From the NCBI GenBank assembly GCA_029210665.1, contig JARGFN010000002.1:1-38961 (forward strand): a stretch of DNA of 38,961 nucleotides. Direction: 5' to 3'. Shown piece by piece: positions 1 through 8,499 of this stretch. The translations under genes were made by a program, and so were the position numbers. The notes under the pieces are model-generated. The model was not told the DNA's origin. It was given only the letters and a program-made list of their open reading frames with translations, and did not search any database. Numbering within the stretch: position 1 is the stretch's first letter; every line of letters starts with the position of its first letter. The stretch comes from Desulfobulbales bacterium (lineage in GTDB: Bacteria; Desulfobacterota; Desulfobulbia; Desulfobulbales; JAGXFP01).

Positions 1-107
1 AAAGCGATTGCAATGAGTCTTCGAATAACCACGAAACGGCCGGACAGCATGCCCCAGCCCATTGATTGATCGATGGCCTAATTTGCCTTTTGCGACGCCA
101 TTATGGT

Positions 108-419
108 TCAGGCGTCAGGATTCTCCCTATCCGATTTTACCAGGGAATATGTCAGCAGGGCGAGGCCGGCCACGGTAACGACAATTGCCACCGGCCACGG
201 GGTTCGATAGCTGCCGGTTTCCATGGCGTTGATCACGAAGACCGCGGCGATGGTCAGGACAAAATAACTCGCCTTGCGTAACTCCCCGGCAGACCGGGGC
301 AGATCCTCCCCTTCCTTGCCGACTTCGGACTCAGGCCCGATCTCCCGCTCCGGGGACAAGGGCGGCTGGACCGCCTCCTCTTTTTCGGCAACCGGCTGCT
401 TTTTTTCGGACTCAGTCAT
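108..419 (-). CDS. hypothetical small membrane protein
   Basis: 103-aa ORF. It has an acidic Glu/Pro-rich N-terminal half followed by two hydrophobic stretches (YFVLTIAAVFVINAM, WPVAIVVTVAGLALLTY). No family recognised. Confidence 0.5.
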   Translation of the reverse strand: MTESEKKQPVAEKEEAVQPPLSPEREIGPESEVGKEGEDLPRSAGELRKASYFVLTIAAVFVINAMETGSYRTPWPVAIVVTVAGLALLTYSLVKSDRENPDA

Positions 420-577
420 TTTGGCGGCACCATTTAGATATTATTGTTGATCGAGACCGGACAATTCCGACTCACGCGGCAAATCATTTTTTTATCCATC
501 TTCCCGGAAATTGTCAACGAACAAGAATGCGCTGCGCCGCAGGAGAGCGGAGTTTTTGCGACGCCATCATTTTTGAC

Positions 578-700
578 AAAGTCGGAAAACCCTTCGACAG
601 GCTCGGGGTGAGCGGATTAACTTACTGATTTATAACGCTCGTGCCGAGCTTGTCGAAGTGCGCTCCGCTGATCATTGGCAACTTTTTTGCGAACTCGTCA
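578..700. repeat. R1 palindromic intergenic repeat, uninterrupted copy
   Basis: 'aaagtcggaaaacccttcgacaggctcggggtgagcggattaacttactgatttataacgctcgtgccgagcttgtcgaagtgcgctc...ttttgcgaactcgtca' aligns by eye along its length with 14992..15038 plus 15257..15331. The arms are an imperfect inverted repeat (cttcgacaGgctcgg / ccgagcTtgtcgaag). It abuts the stop codon of the DUF2892 gene. Confidence 0.75.
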
Positions 701-895
701 TTTTTCCGGCACCCCCAGTTTCTTGAGGATGATACCGAGGGGGCATACCTTGGAAAAGCCGAACTGGAAGAGATTGGCGCCCACGAAAGCGGTAAAGAAA
801 AACCAGTACGGATGGACCCAGATCCCCAGGGCCAGACTGATCAGAATAAAGGCCCCGGCGAAGACATGAATCCAGTCATTAACAATCATTTTCAT
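698..895 (-). CDS. DUF2892/YgaP-like small inner-membrane protein
   Basis: 65 aa with two hydrophobic helices and a 'GANLFQFGFSKVCPLG' motif typical of this family. A GGGAGA Shine-Dalgarno lies 7 nt upstream of the ATG. Confidence 0.7.
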   Translation of the reverse strand: MKMIVNDWIHVFAGAFILISLALGIWVHPYWFFFTAFVGANLFQFGFSKVCPLGIILKKLGVPEK

Positions 896-960
896 TTAAA
901 TATCTCCCTTGATGAAGACCCGGTCAGCCGGGCGTAAAGATTAACCGCATGAAACGCTAT

Positions 961-2262
961 TCAATAATTCCATCTAACCCCGACGTAAATATTGGTTGCC
1001 TCCTCGAACTGGCCGAAAAAGGTGTGATCATCCGCGCCGAAGAACCAGTTTATCCCGCCGTCGACCGCGAGCTGGTCGGTAACCTTGTAGTGGAACTTGG
1101 GCCGCAGATAACCGTCCTCGTCCGACGGCGAATAATAGGCGAACAGCGACAAGGTCAGAGTCTGGTTCATCAGCAGCCTGGTCAGCCGGACCGTGGTGAC
1201 ATGGCGGTACTCGTCCTTGGCGGTGGCTGGATCGGCGGTACTTTCGTACTCGTCGTAATCCTGCATGTACTCCAGATAGTACTGAAAGCCGCCGGTGAAA
1301 TTTCTGGCCAGTTCGCGGACGAAACCTGCCAGAAAGCGGATCTCGCTGTTTCTGATCAGGGGGTCGGCGCCCTTGCGGTCGTCGAAGGAATCGTAATAGC
1401 CGATCTCCAGGTTGCCGATCCCGCCCCAGATGCTGTTCCGGGCACTCGCCCCGATCACTGCCAAACCGGGATAGAACAGTTTCGGGCCGGCCAGCTTGAC
1501 CCCTTCCGGAGTCTTCCAGTATCCGTAATAACCGTAGCCATCCAGTTCCAGGCCGCCGAGATTTTTGTTCAGCCGGGCATGAACTTCGTCTTCCTCGAAA
1601 GCCTTGTTCCGCTCGTCATCGACAAAGATGAAATCCCGGCCGGAGGTCCGGCCCAGAACACCGTTCCAATAGGAAATCCGTGAACCATCGATATATTCCG
1701 AGCCGTTGAAGCGCGGCACATAGATCAGGTCAAAGTTAAAAAGATCCGTAAAAACACTGCTCTTCAGAGCGTCGGAAGGCGCCTTCAGGTACTCGACATC
1801 GCGGCCGATGAAAAAGGACTCCCAGTCCTTGGGAAACAGGTCGTTGATGAACAGCAGATCGCCGGTGCCCCAGGTCAGGACCTGGCGGCCCGCTTTGACG
1901 TCAATCATATCGTGGGGGAAAAAGAGAAGATTCAGCTCGCGAAGCTCGACGATCGCTTCCTCGGTAACCAGGTCGCCGAGCAGATCGGTTTTTAATTTCA
2001 GGATCCCGAAATCGAGGTCGCTGTTCAGATCCATCTGCAGCCGCACCTCGCCCAGGGAAGCATCTTTCTGGGATGGATCGTCCCGGAGCCTGACCCCGGC
2101 CCGGGTCTCGATAAAACCGATCAAATCGGTCCGGTATTCGTCGCTGAGCCTGGCCTGCAAATCATCCAGCCCTCCGCTAAACGCCATAAGCGGGGTCAGC
2201 AGAATCAGGCCGGAGAAGAGCGCCGGCCTGAACCATTTGTTAACGGTCTTTTTCGAACCCAT
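961..2262 (-). CDS. putative outer-membrane beta-barrel protein (DUF1302-like/porin-like)
   Basis: 433 aa with a signal-like N-terminus (LILLTPLMAFSGG), an 'AGRQVLTWGTGD' motif, an alternating beta-strand pattern and a C-terminal aromatic residue (VGVRWNY). It sits 2 nt downstream of the LolA-like gene. Confidence 0.6.
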   Translation of the reverse strand: MGSKKTVNKWFRPALFSGLILLTPLMAFSGGLDDLQARLSDEYRTDLIGFIETRAGVRLRDDPSQKDASLGEVRLQMDLNSDLDFGILKLKTDLLGDLVTEEAIVELRELNLLFFPHDMIDVKAGRQVLTWGTGDLLFINDLFPKDWESFFIGRDVEYLKAPSDALKSSVFTDLFNFDLIYVPRFNGSEYIDGSRISYWNGVLGRTSGRDFIFVDDERNKAFEEDEVHARLNKNLGGLELDGYGYYGYWKTPEGVKLAGPKLFYPGLAVIGASARNSIWGGIGNLEIGYYDSFDDRKGADPLIRNSEIRFLAGFVRELARNFTGGFQYYLEYMQDYDEYESTADPATAKDEYRHVTTVRLTRLLMNQTLTLSLFAYYSPSDEDGYLRPKFHYKVTDQLAVDGGINWFFGADDHTFFGQFEEATNIYVGVRWNY

Positions 2263-2264
2263 CC

Positions 2265-3065
2265 CTACCTCCGGACAACCCTGGGCGGTCGACGCAGATA
2301 GCGCTCGGTAAAGATGTCTTCCTCCAGACCGATATCATACTTGATGTTCTTGAACTCGCTGACCGTATCGCCGCCCGACCGGAGATCCCGGACCTGCGAC
2401 TTCGTTACGGTGGGCAAGCCCTGAATCGTTTCGGTTTCGAGGGCCTCCACCTCGCGGTACGGGCGCGCCTCCTTGTCCAGGTATTCGGCCTTGGTCGGCA
2501 GAAATGTCTCCTTGTCGATCCAGACCGTGTATGAGGAAAACTCGACCTCCCCTGGCAGCTTCGGGGTGTTTTTCACGACATAGTGGCTATCGGTCTCCTC
2601 GATCAGCTCGTGGCGGTCCTCGTCGACCCCGCGGCCGGAAACGTCCTCATAAAAAAAGTGCGAGCCGACGAAACTGGTCCGCTTGTCGGAGGCGGCGATC
2701 CGCTTGACCAGGTCGAGCTTGGCCAGATACATCCAGCGGTCGTCATCCCGGCCGATAAATTTATGGACCATGAAGACCATCTTGCGGACATCGCCGGGCT
2801 TCTCAAAATAGACGTAAAACCTCTGCTCGCCGCCATCCTTGATATCCTTGCGGAGGATGACGAATTCCCGGTTCCGGGTCCTCCCCTGGCCGTCGGTGAT
2901 CGTCATCCGGACATCGGAGCGGCCGTCGTCACCGGCATAATAGGCGGCCAGGTTGGCCTTGTCGACTATCTCCTCGACCGAAGGGGCCGCCTCGACCTTA
3001 CCGGCGGACAATGCACCCGCTAAAAACAGCAAGCCAATCGCAACAAAAAGTAAAGATTTCTTCAT
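2265..3065 (-). CDS. outer-membrane lipoprotein-sorting (LolA-like/DUF1329-related) periplasmic protein
   Basis: The ORF track starts at a GTG at 3074. The ATG at 3065 (MKKSLLFVAIGLLFLAGALSA) has an AGGTGA SD 5 nt upstream and gives a clean signal peptide. Size and context (next to an MMPL exporter and an OM barrel) fit the LolA-like sorting family. Confidence 0.7.
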   Translation of the reverse strand: MKKSLLFVAIGLLFLAGALSAGKVEAAPSVEEIVDKANLAAYYAGDDGRSDVRMTITDGQGRTRNREFVILRKDIKDGGEQRFYVYFEKPGDVRKMVFMVHKFIGRDDDRWMYLAKLDLVKRIAASDKRTSFVGSHFFYEDVSGRGVDEDRHELIEETDSHYVVKNTPKLPGEVEFSSYTVWIDKETFLPTKAEYLDKEARPYREVEALETETIQGLPTVTKSQVRDLRSGGDTVSEFKNIKYDIGLEEDIFTERYLRRPPRVVRR

Positions 3066-3082
3066 CAGACTCACCTTTATAA

Positions 3083-5686
3083 CTACTGTTTGAGCTTTCT
3101 GAAAACCGACGACTCGAAAACGGTCAAGAGACTGGGCAGGATCAGGATGGTGGCGAATCCGGAGATCGCCATGATGCTGGCCAGAAAGATGCCCACCGTC
3201 TGGTAAGGCACCAACGGAGCGGCCAGCAGCGGCGTAAAGCCGACCGCGATGACGATGACGTTCCGGCTGATCGCCCGGGCCGGCTCCTCGAACATCTCGC
3301 CGACCGCCGCCTTCCAGGACCCGGTTTTCCGATAGGTCGCCCGGCTCCGTTCGAGGAAATGAATGGCGAAATCGACCGCCAGCCCCAGGGTCAGGGAGGA
3401 GAGGATCGCCACCGGCATATCGTAGTCCTTGCCGATAAAACCGATCAGCCCGTAGATAAAGGCGATGGTCACCGACAGGGGAACCATGGCCAGAAGGCCC
3501 CAGACCGGCGAGCGGAAAAGCACGGTCATCATCAGGAAGACAATCACGAAGCTGCCCAGGAAGGCGTCGCGCATCCCGAAAACCATCTTGTCCTGCCAGG
3601 CCACGTTAAGATAGGTCAGGCCGGCCCACTGGTGGTTGAGCGTCACCGGCGGCGGATTCGCGGCAAAATAGCGGTCGACCGTATCGATCACCTCCTGCAT
3701 CACCTGATTATCGCCCTCGCGAAGCTGGATCCAGAGGTTGGCCTTGCGGTAATCCGGGGTTACGAAATGCCAGAGGTCCTCGGGCTTATGGCTGTTCTGG
3801 AAGGTGATCAGGGTTTCGGCCACCCCGCCGATACTGTCGGGAATCCGGTAATACTCCTCGTTACCCTCATAAAGTTCCTGATAAACTTTGCGGACTACAT
3901 CGACCACCGAATTGGATTTGCCGACCTCGCTGTTTTCGACCAGATGTTCTTCGAGGCCGCGCAGGTATTCGAGCACCTCCGGCCTTTTGAAGACTTGGGC
4001 GCGGTTGCTGAAGCGGTCGAGGAGGTTAACCACATCGCCCCAACTTTCATAACCGGCGTCGTCCGCCGCAAACATCTCATCTTCCCAGACCGTCCGCAGA
4101 TTTTCAAGGAGCGTTGCGGTCGAACCGGCCCCGCTCTCCCCGGCGAGGACATCCCGGGCCCGGTCAACAACCTGCTGGTCGACACCTTCGTCGGTGAGAC
4201 GGTCCAGCCCTTGTCCGAACCAATCAACGGCGCCCGCTCCATCAAGCTCTTCAATCTCGCTGTCCAGAACCAGATAAGCCTCATAGGTGCCGCCGAAATG
4301 GCTGTTCAGGACCCGGTCGGCGACCCGGATCGAATGGTCCTTGCTGAACCACTTGACCGGATTGTCGTTCACCCGGATCATCCCGATTCCGTAGCCCGCC
4401 GCGACCAGCACCGCCAAGGTCATGATCAGGATAAACTTGGCCCGCCGGTAGGTAAAGGCGCCGATCCATTTCAGAAAGGCGCTCAAGCCGCGATGGATGG
4501 TGCCGGATGTTGTCTTGCTCACCCCGAAACCGGCCAGGCTTTCCTCCTTGAGCAGCATGATATAGGCCGGCACGAAAACGATGGTAAAGAGCCAGGCCAG
4601 CATGATGCCGATGGCCACGAAAATACCGAAGGCCTGGACCGGCGGAATCGGGGTCAGGGCCAGGGAGGCGAAACCAGCCGCCGAGGTCAGCGAGGTGTAG
4701 AGCATCGGCATGAACAGGTGACCCATGACATGCTCCAGGGTCTTGCGCCGGTCGCCGATGGTCCGGTAATTATCAAAAAATTCACTGAGGATATGGATGC
4801 TGTCGACCACCGCGATCGGCATCAGAAAGATAGGGATCATCGAACTCATGATATGCAGGGTGTTGCCGGTGCCGATCAACAGTCCCATGGTGCAGAGCAC
4901 CGACATCATGGCGACGATCATCGGCGAGATGATCATTTTCACCTGGCGGAAGAAAACCAGCATCAGCAGGAAAATCGCCAGCATCGCCAGGGGAGCGGAG
5001 ACCGCCATCTGGACGAACATCTCCTTGCCGAAGGTGTCCTCGGCCACCGGTAGACCGGTGATATAGAACTGATCGCCGTTCGATTTATCGTAGGTTTCAA
5101 TCTTGCCGAGGAGCCGGAGACGAACCTCGGCGGCGAAGTCTTTCTCGGAAACGGGAATGTAAATCCCCATGGCCCGCTCGTCTTCGGAGACCAGGGTTCC
5201 CTTGAGCAGGGGGTTGTTCATGGCCAGCTGCCGGATCCGCTCGACCTCTTCCGCATCGGTCGGCGGACTCTTCATCAGCCAGTCGAAACTGACCTGGCCC
5301 AGCCCGGCCTGCTCGATGGCGTCGACCGTTCCGGGCGCAATCATGTTCCGGCTGACCACCCGCTTGTCGGGATCATCCTCGGCGTGCATATTGCGGACGA
5401 ACTCGGTCAGCTCATGGACCCGGGTCAGGGACTCGACATTGAAGATTCCGGCCGGATCTTGCTCGTTCACCACCCCGAGAACGACGAAATCGTGGAGGTC
5501 GAACTCCTCCTTCACCTGATTATGAAATACCCGGACCGGTTCGTCCTCCCGCAACATATTCTCGGGATCGGTGTCGACCCGGACTTTCACCATCAGGGAG
5601 GCGAGCAGCAGGGTGCAGACCACCAGCGCCGCGGTTACAGTTTTCGGATTTCTTATGGAAAAACCAATTATGGAATTAATTTTCAT
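3083..5686 (-). CDS. MMPL/RND-superfamily exporter (COG1033-type, two 6-TM bundles with large periplasmic loops)
   Basis: An 867-874 aa ORF with two hydrophobic multi-helix blocks separated by soluble domains, as in the HpnN/MMPL family. The ATG at 5686 (MKINSIIGF) has an AGGAG SD 7 nt upstream; the ORF-track start at 5707 lacks an SD. Confidence 0.85.
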   Translation of the reverse strand: MKINSIIGFSIRNPKTVTAALVVCTLLLASLMVKVRVDTDPENMLREDEPVRVFHNQVKEEFDLHDFVVLGVVNEQDPAGIFNVESLTRVHELTEFVRNMHAEDDPDKRVVSRNMIAPGTVDAIEQAGLGQVSFDWLMKSPPTDAEEVERIRQLAMNNPLLKGTLVSEDERAMGIYIPVSEKDFAAEVRLRLLGKIETYDKSNGDQFYITGLPVAEDTFGKEMFVQMAVSAPLAMLAIFLLMLVFFRQVKMIISPMIVAMMSVLCTMGLLIGTGNTLHIMSSMIPIFLMPIAVVDSIHILSEFFDNYRTIGDRRKTLEHVMGHLFMPMLYTSLTSAAGFASLALTPIPPVQAFGIFVAIGIMLAWLFTIVFVPAYIMLLKEESLAGFGVSKTTSGTIHRGLSAFLKWIGAFTYRRAKFILIMTLAVLVAAGYGIGMIRVNDNPVKWFSKDHSIRVADRVLNSHFGGTYEAYLVLDSEIEELDGAGAVDWFGQGLDRLTDEGVDQQVVDRARDVLAGESGAGSTATLLENLRTVWEDEMFAADDAGYESWGDVVNLLDRFSNRAQVFKRPEVLEYLRGLEEHLVENSEVGKSNSVVDVVRKVYQELYEGNEEYYRIPDSIGGVAETLITFQNSHKPEDLWHFVTPDYRKANLWIQLREGDNQVMQEVIDTVDRYFAANPPPVTLNHQWAGLTYLNVAWQDKMVFGMRDAFLGSFVIVFLMMTVLFRSPVWGLLAMVPLSVTIAFIYGLIGFIGKDYDMPVAILSSLTLGLAVDFAIHFLERSRATYRKTGSWKAAVGEMFEEPARAISRNVIVIAVGFTPLLAAPLVPYQTVGIFLASIMAISGFATILILPSLLTVFESSVFRKLKQ

Positions 5687-5820
5687 CGTCCTGCTCCTGG
5701 AACCCATTGTCTAAATTGAAAGCCCCGATTGTCAAGAAATAGCAGGGACCGGCAGCACGAAAAGTCGGATTTATTGGCTACTATGTGGAAAAGCCCGGAG
5801 GGCGGGGCAAGTAAGGCTTC

Positions 5821-6114
5821 TCAGCCATCCCCCTCTTCGCAAAAAAGATCCCGCAACTTGGCGATCAATTCCAGAACCCTTTGATCATCGATCCTGTTGT
5901 AGATGAAATTGGCGTCTTTTCTGGAACTGACAATACCCTGATTGCGCAGAATGGAGAGATGCTGGGAGACATTGGCATTGGTGGTCTTCACCTCTTCCCG
6001 GATGTCGCCGACCGCCATCTCTTTTTCCTGCAACAGACAAAGAATCTTCAACCGGATCGGATGAGACATGGTCTTTAAAAGAGCCGCAACATCCCTTACG
6101 TCTTCGTCCTTCAT
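5821..6114 (-). CDS. ArsR/SmtB-family transcriptional regulator
   Basis: The winged-HTH signature 'HPIRLKILCLLQEKEMAVGDIREEVKTTNANVSQHLSILRNQGIV' is present. The ATG at 6114 (MKDEDV) has a GAGG SD 6 nt upstream; the alternative start is 6126. Confidence 0.85.
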   Translation of the reverse strand: MKDEDVRDVAALLKTMSHPIRLKILCLLQEKEMAVGDIREEVKTTNANVSQHLSILRNQGIVSSRKDANFIYNRIDDQRVLELIAKLRDLFCEEGDG

Positions 6115-6140
6115 GTTCAACCTCATCTATTTCAGTTTTT

Positions 6141-6169
6141 AATTTAATACTAATGGTCTCGGTTGTCAA
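6141..6169 (-). promoter_or_regulatory. candidate sigma70 promoter for the ArsR-MMPL operon
   Basis: The minus strand reads TTGACA-N17-TAAATT, about 30-55 nt upstream of the arsR-like start. Pattern match only. Confidence 0.3.
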
Positions 6170-6291
6170 TTATGCTCCCGCAAAAAACCACCGCCCCGGC
6201 CCCGATCGCCCGAGATTTGCGTATTATTATATATATGAAATTATTTCCAACTTAAAACGCTTGGCTCAACAAACAATAGCCTATATCCGGT

Positions 6292-7251
6292 TTAACGGAC
6301 CAGCTCCCCGACCCCGACCAGGTTGGCGCGCCGCGGAATCTCCCTTCGCATCATCTTCAAGGCCTCCAGGGTCTCGGGATATGGATGGCCGATGGCGACG
6401 GCGCGCCCTTCCCGTCCGGCGAGATCAAGGAGTTTACGTAACTGAATAATGATCGCTTGCGGCTCCCTGACGTTATCCAGGAAAATATCGCGCCGGGCGG
6501 TTTTTACTCCCATTTCGGCGGCCAGGGACTCTGCCACGCTGTTGCGGGAAGTCCGGCTGTCCAGGAAAAAAAGTTCGCGCTCCCGCACCAGAGCTATAAA
6601 ATCACCCATGGCCCCGCTGTTTTGGGTGAATCGGGAGCCCATATGATTATTGATCCCGACCGCGCCGGACACCTCGTTTAGATTTGCGGCAAAGATTCTG
6701 CCCATCTCGGGCCGGGCCATATCGATGGTAACGGTATGGCCGTCCGGGCGCCACTTCGGATCGGTCGCCTCCATCGGGAAATGCAGGAGAACGTCACGAT
6801 TCCGCCGCCTGGCCAGGTCGACCTGGTCCTCCGTATAAGGCCCGAAGGGCAGAAAGGCAAACGAAAGGCGTAAATCAAGGTCGAGCAGGGCCTCGCAGAC
6901 TTTCCGGTTATAGCCCATATCATCAATAACAATGGCGATCACCGGCAGTTCCTTTACCGCCGCGAATTTCTTTTTGGCCGGGGAAGGCCGCCTCTCGCCG
7001 GCATCTTTGCCGACAGTCGCCGGCGCGGCCGGGGCAAGCGGCTCCTCATACTGAAGAGGCGGAGGGCCGGTGCCGCCATCGTCGGCCTCGGGCGGGGCGA
7101 TCGCCTTGTCGGACCTCAGCGCCAGAAAAACCACCAGGCCGCCCAATATGAAAAAAAAGAGGCCCATGGCGGCAAAGGATTTCCACGATCTCCGCATTTC
7201 GAAAGTCTTCCGGACCGGTTTTTTCCTTTTTTTCTTTTTCGGTGGGACCAT
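6292..7251 (-). CDS. divergent polysaccharide deacetylase family protein (YibQ-like), membrane anchored
   Basis: Family-typical blocks are present: 'IAIVIDDMGYN', 'FLPFGPY', 'HFPME' and 'INNHMGSRFT'. The N-terminus is Lys-rich and followed by one TM helix (AAMGLFFFILGGLVVFLAL). Confidence 0.8.
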   Translation of the reverse strand: MVPPKKKKRKKPVRKTFEMRRSWKSFAAMGLFFFILGGLVVFLALRSDKAIAPPEADDGGTGPPPLQYEEPLAPAAPATVGKDAGERRPSPAKKKFAAVKELPVIAIVIDDMGYNRKVCEALLDLDLRLSFAFLPFGPYTEDQVDLARRRNRDVLLHFPMEATDPKWRPDGHTVTIDMARPEMGRIFAANLNEVSGAVGINNHMGSRFTQNSGAMGDFIALVRERELFFLDSRTSRNSVAESLAAEMGVKTARRDIFLDNVREPQAIIIQLRKLLDLAGREGRAVAIGHPYPETLEALKMMRREIPRRANLVGVGELVR

Positions 7252-7475
7252 GGTTGAAAAATTCTCCGCCCCATCCGGGACTTATTTTGATAAATCGATC
7301 ACAAAGACGAAAAATACTTCCCGAGGACCGCGCCGACCATCTACCTGGCCTGGTACTTCCGCGGGGACGGCTCCCTGAACTTTTTCAAGATTAATTTCGG
7401 AGCGGAACCGGCCGGGCGGCAACAGAGCTTCAGCGTCAGGGCGGTGCGCGGCACGTTGAAAGAATTTTTCAGACT

Positions 7476-8468
7476 TTATTTATCACGGCGCAAGACATAA
7501 CCGGCCAGTCCTTTCAGGATCTGCAACTCGCGGCCCGCCCGGAAGCAACTCAGACCGGCGAGTCCCGCCGCGATCAGTTCGTTCGCCCTGCCCCGCGCGT
7601 AAACGAAACCATCGTACTTTCCAATCAGATCCATAACTTCCGCGAAGCGAGCGGTCTTCCCATCGCCGTCGGCCGCGAGCACCTCTTCCAGAGTCGCCCG
7701 ATCTTCAAGCCCGGCGCGCCGCATGGCATGAAGCAGCGGCAGGGTCATCTTCCCCTCGCCCAGATCGTTGCCGACCGCCTTGCCGGTCCGGGCGGGATCG
7801 CCCTGGTAATCCAGAAGATCGTCGATAATCTGGAAGGCCAGGCCGATATTCTCTCCGTAAAGTCTGATCGCGGCCCGCTGTTCCGGACTGCCGCCACCGA
7901 GGTACACCCCGGCCTCGCAGGCCGCGGCGATCAAGGCGCCGGTCTTGCCTGCCGCCACCTTGAAATAGTTTTCCTCGGAAGTGTTGTTTTCGGCGGCCGT
8001 CCGGGCCTGCAGGAATTCCGCTTCGACCATCGCCTCGGTGGCCCGCCCGACCAGGGCCATGGCCTCGGCGCCGCCGACCGCCCCGGCCTTGGTCATTGCC
8101 CGGCTGAGCAGATAGTCGCCGGCCAGAATCACCGGGGAAACGCCCCAGATCGCATTGGCCGTAGGTTTACCGCGCCGCTGATCGGCGTGATCGATTACAT
8201 CGTCGTGAAAGAGACTGGCCGCATGCAGATATTCGAAGACAATCGCCAGATCGAGTATCCGTTGCCGGTCCGGACGCCGGGCGCCATCGGTCAGCTCGGC
8301 GCAGATCAGGGTCAGCTGCGGCCTGATCCTCTTGCCGCCGTTAAAGATTCCGTGAAAGAGAACCTCGCCCAACAGACCGCTCTCGATTGAAGCCAGATCC
8401 GCCTGCATGGCCAGATCAACTTCAAGCGCCGCCTGCCGGAAAAAGTTGATCAATTCCTGATTGTCCAC
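7476..8468 (-). CDS. trans-polyprenyl diphosphate synthase (IspB/HepS-like)
   Basis: Both Asp-rich motifs are present ('LFHDDVIDHADQRRGKPT' and 'FQIIDDLLDY'). The start is GTG. Product chain length cannot be read from the sequence. Confidence 0.9.
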   Translation of the reverse strand: MDNQELINFFRQAALEVDLAMQADLASIESGLLGEVLFHGIFNGGKRIRPQLTLICAELTDGARRPDRQRILDLAIVFEYLHAASLFHDDVIDHADQRRGKPTANAIWGVSPVILAGDYLLSRAMTKAGAVGGAEAMALVGRATEAMVEAEFLQARTAAENNTSEENYFKVAAGKTGALIAAACEAGVYLGGGSPEQRAAIRLYGENIGLAFQIIDDLLDYQGDPARTGKAVGNDLGEGKMTLPLLHAMRRAGLEDRATLEEVLAADGDGKTARFAEVMDLIGKYDGFVYARGRANELIAAGLAGLSCFRAGRELQILKGLAGYVLRRDK

Positions 8469-8499
8469 CGTATCCCGACCTCGCCCCTCACCTGCCCCC

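Noticed and set aside
3359-5053. A 564-aa plus-strand ORF antisense to the MMPL exporter. Similar long antisense ORFs lie at 11943..13001 (+), 15305..16318 (-), 22896..24197 (-), 28381..29733 (+), 33163..34170 (+), 13219..14100 (+) and 20715..21539 (-).
   Set aside because: Each lies entirely inside a strongly family-recognisable gene on the opposite strand. Their translations are low-complexity Arg/Gly/Pro/His/Asp/Gln-rich strings with no motifs. Long stop-free antisense frames are expected in GC-rich DNA.
6146-6157. The 12-mer 'aatactaatggt', shared between the arsR upstream region and the MITE loop (15095..15106).
   Set aside because: By my rough estimate, a 12-nt exact match between any two places in a 39-kb window (both strands) is expected many times by chance. 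There is no flanking similarity.
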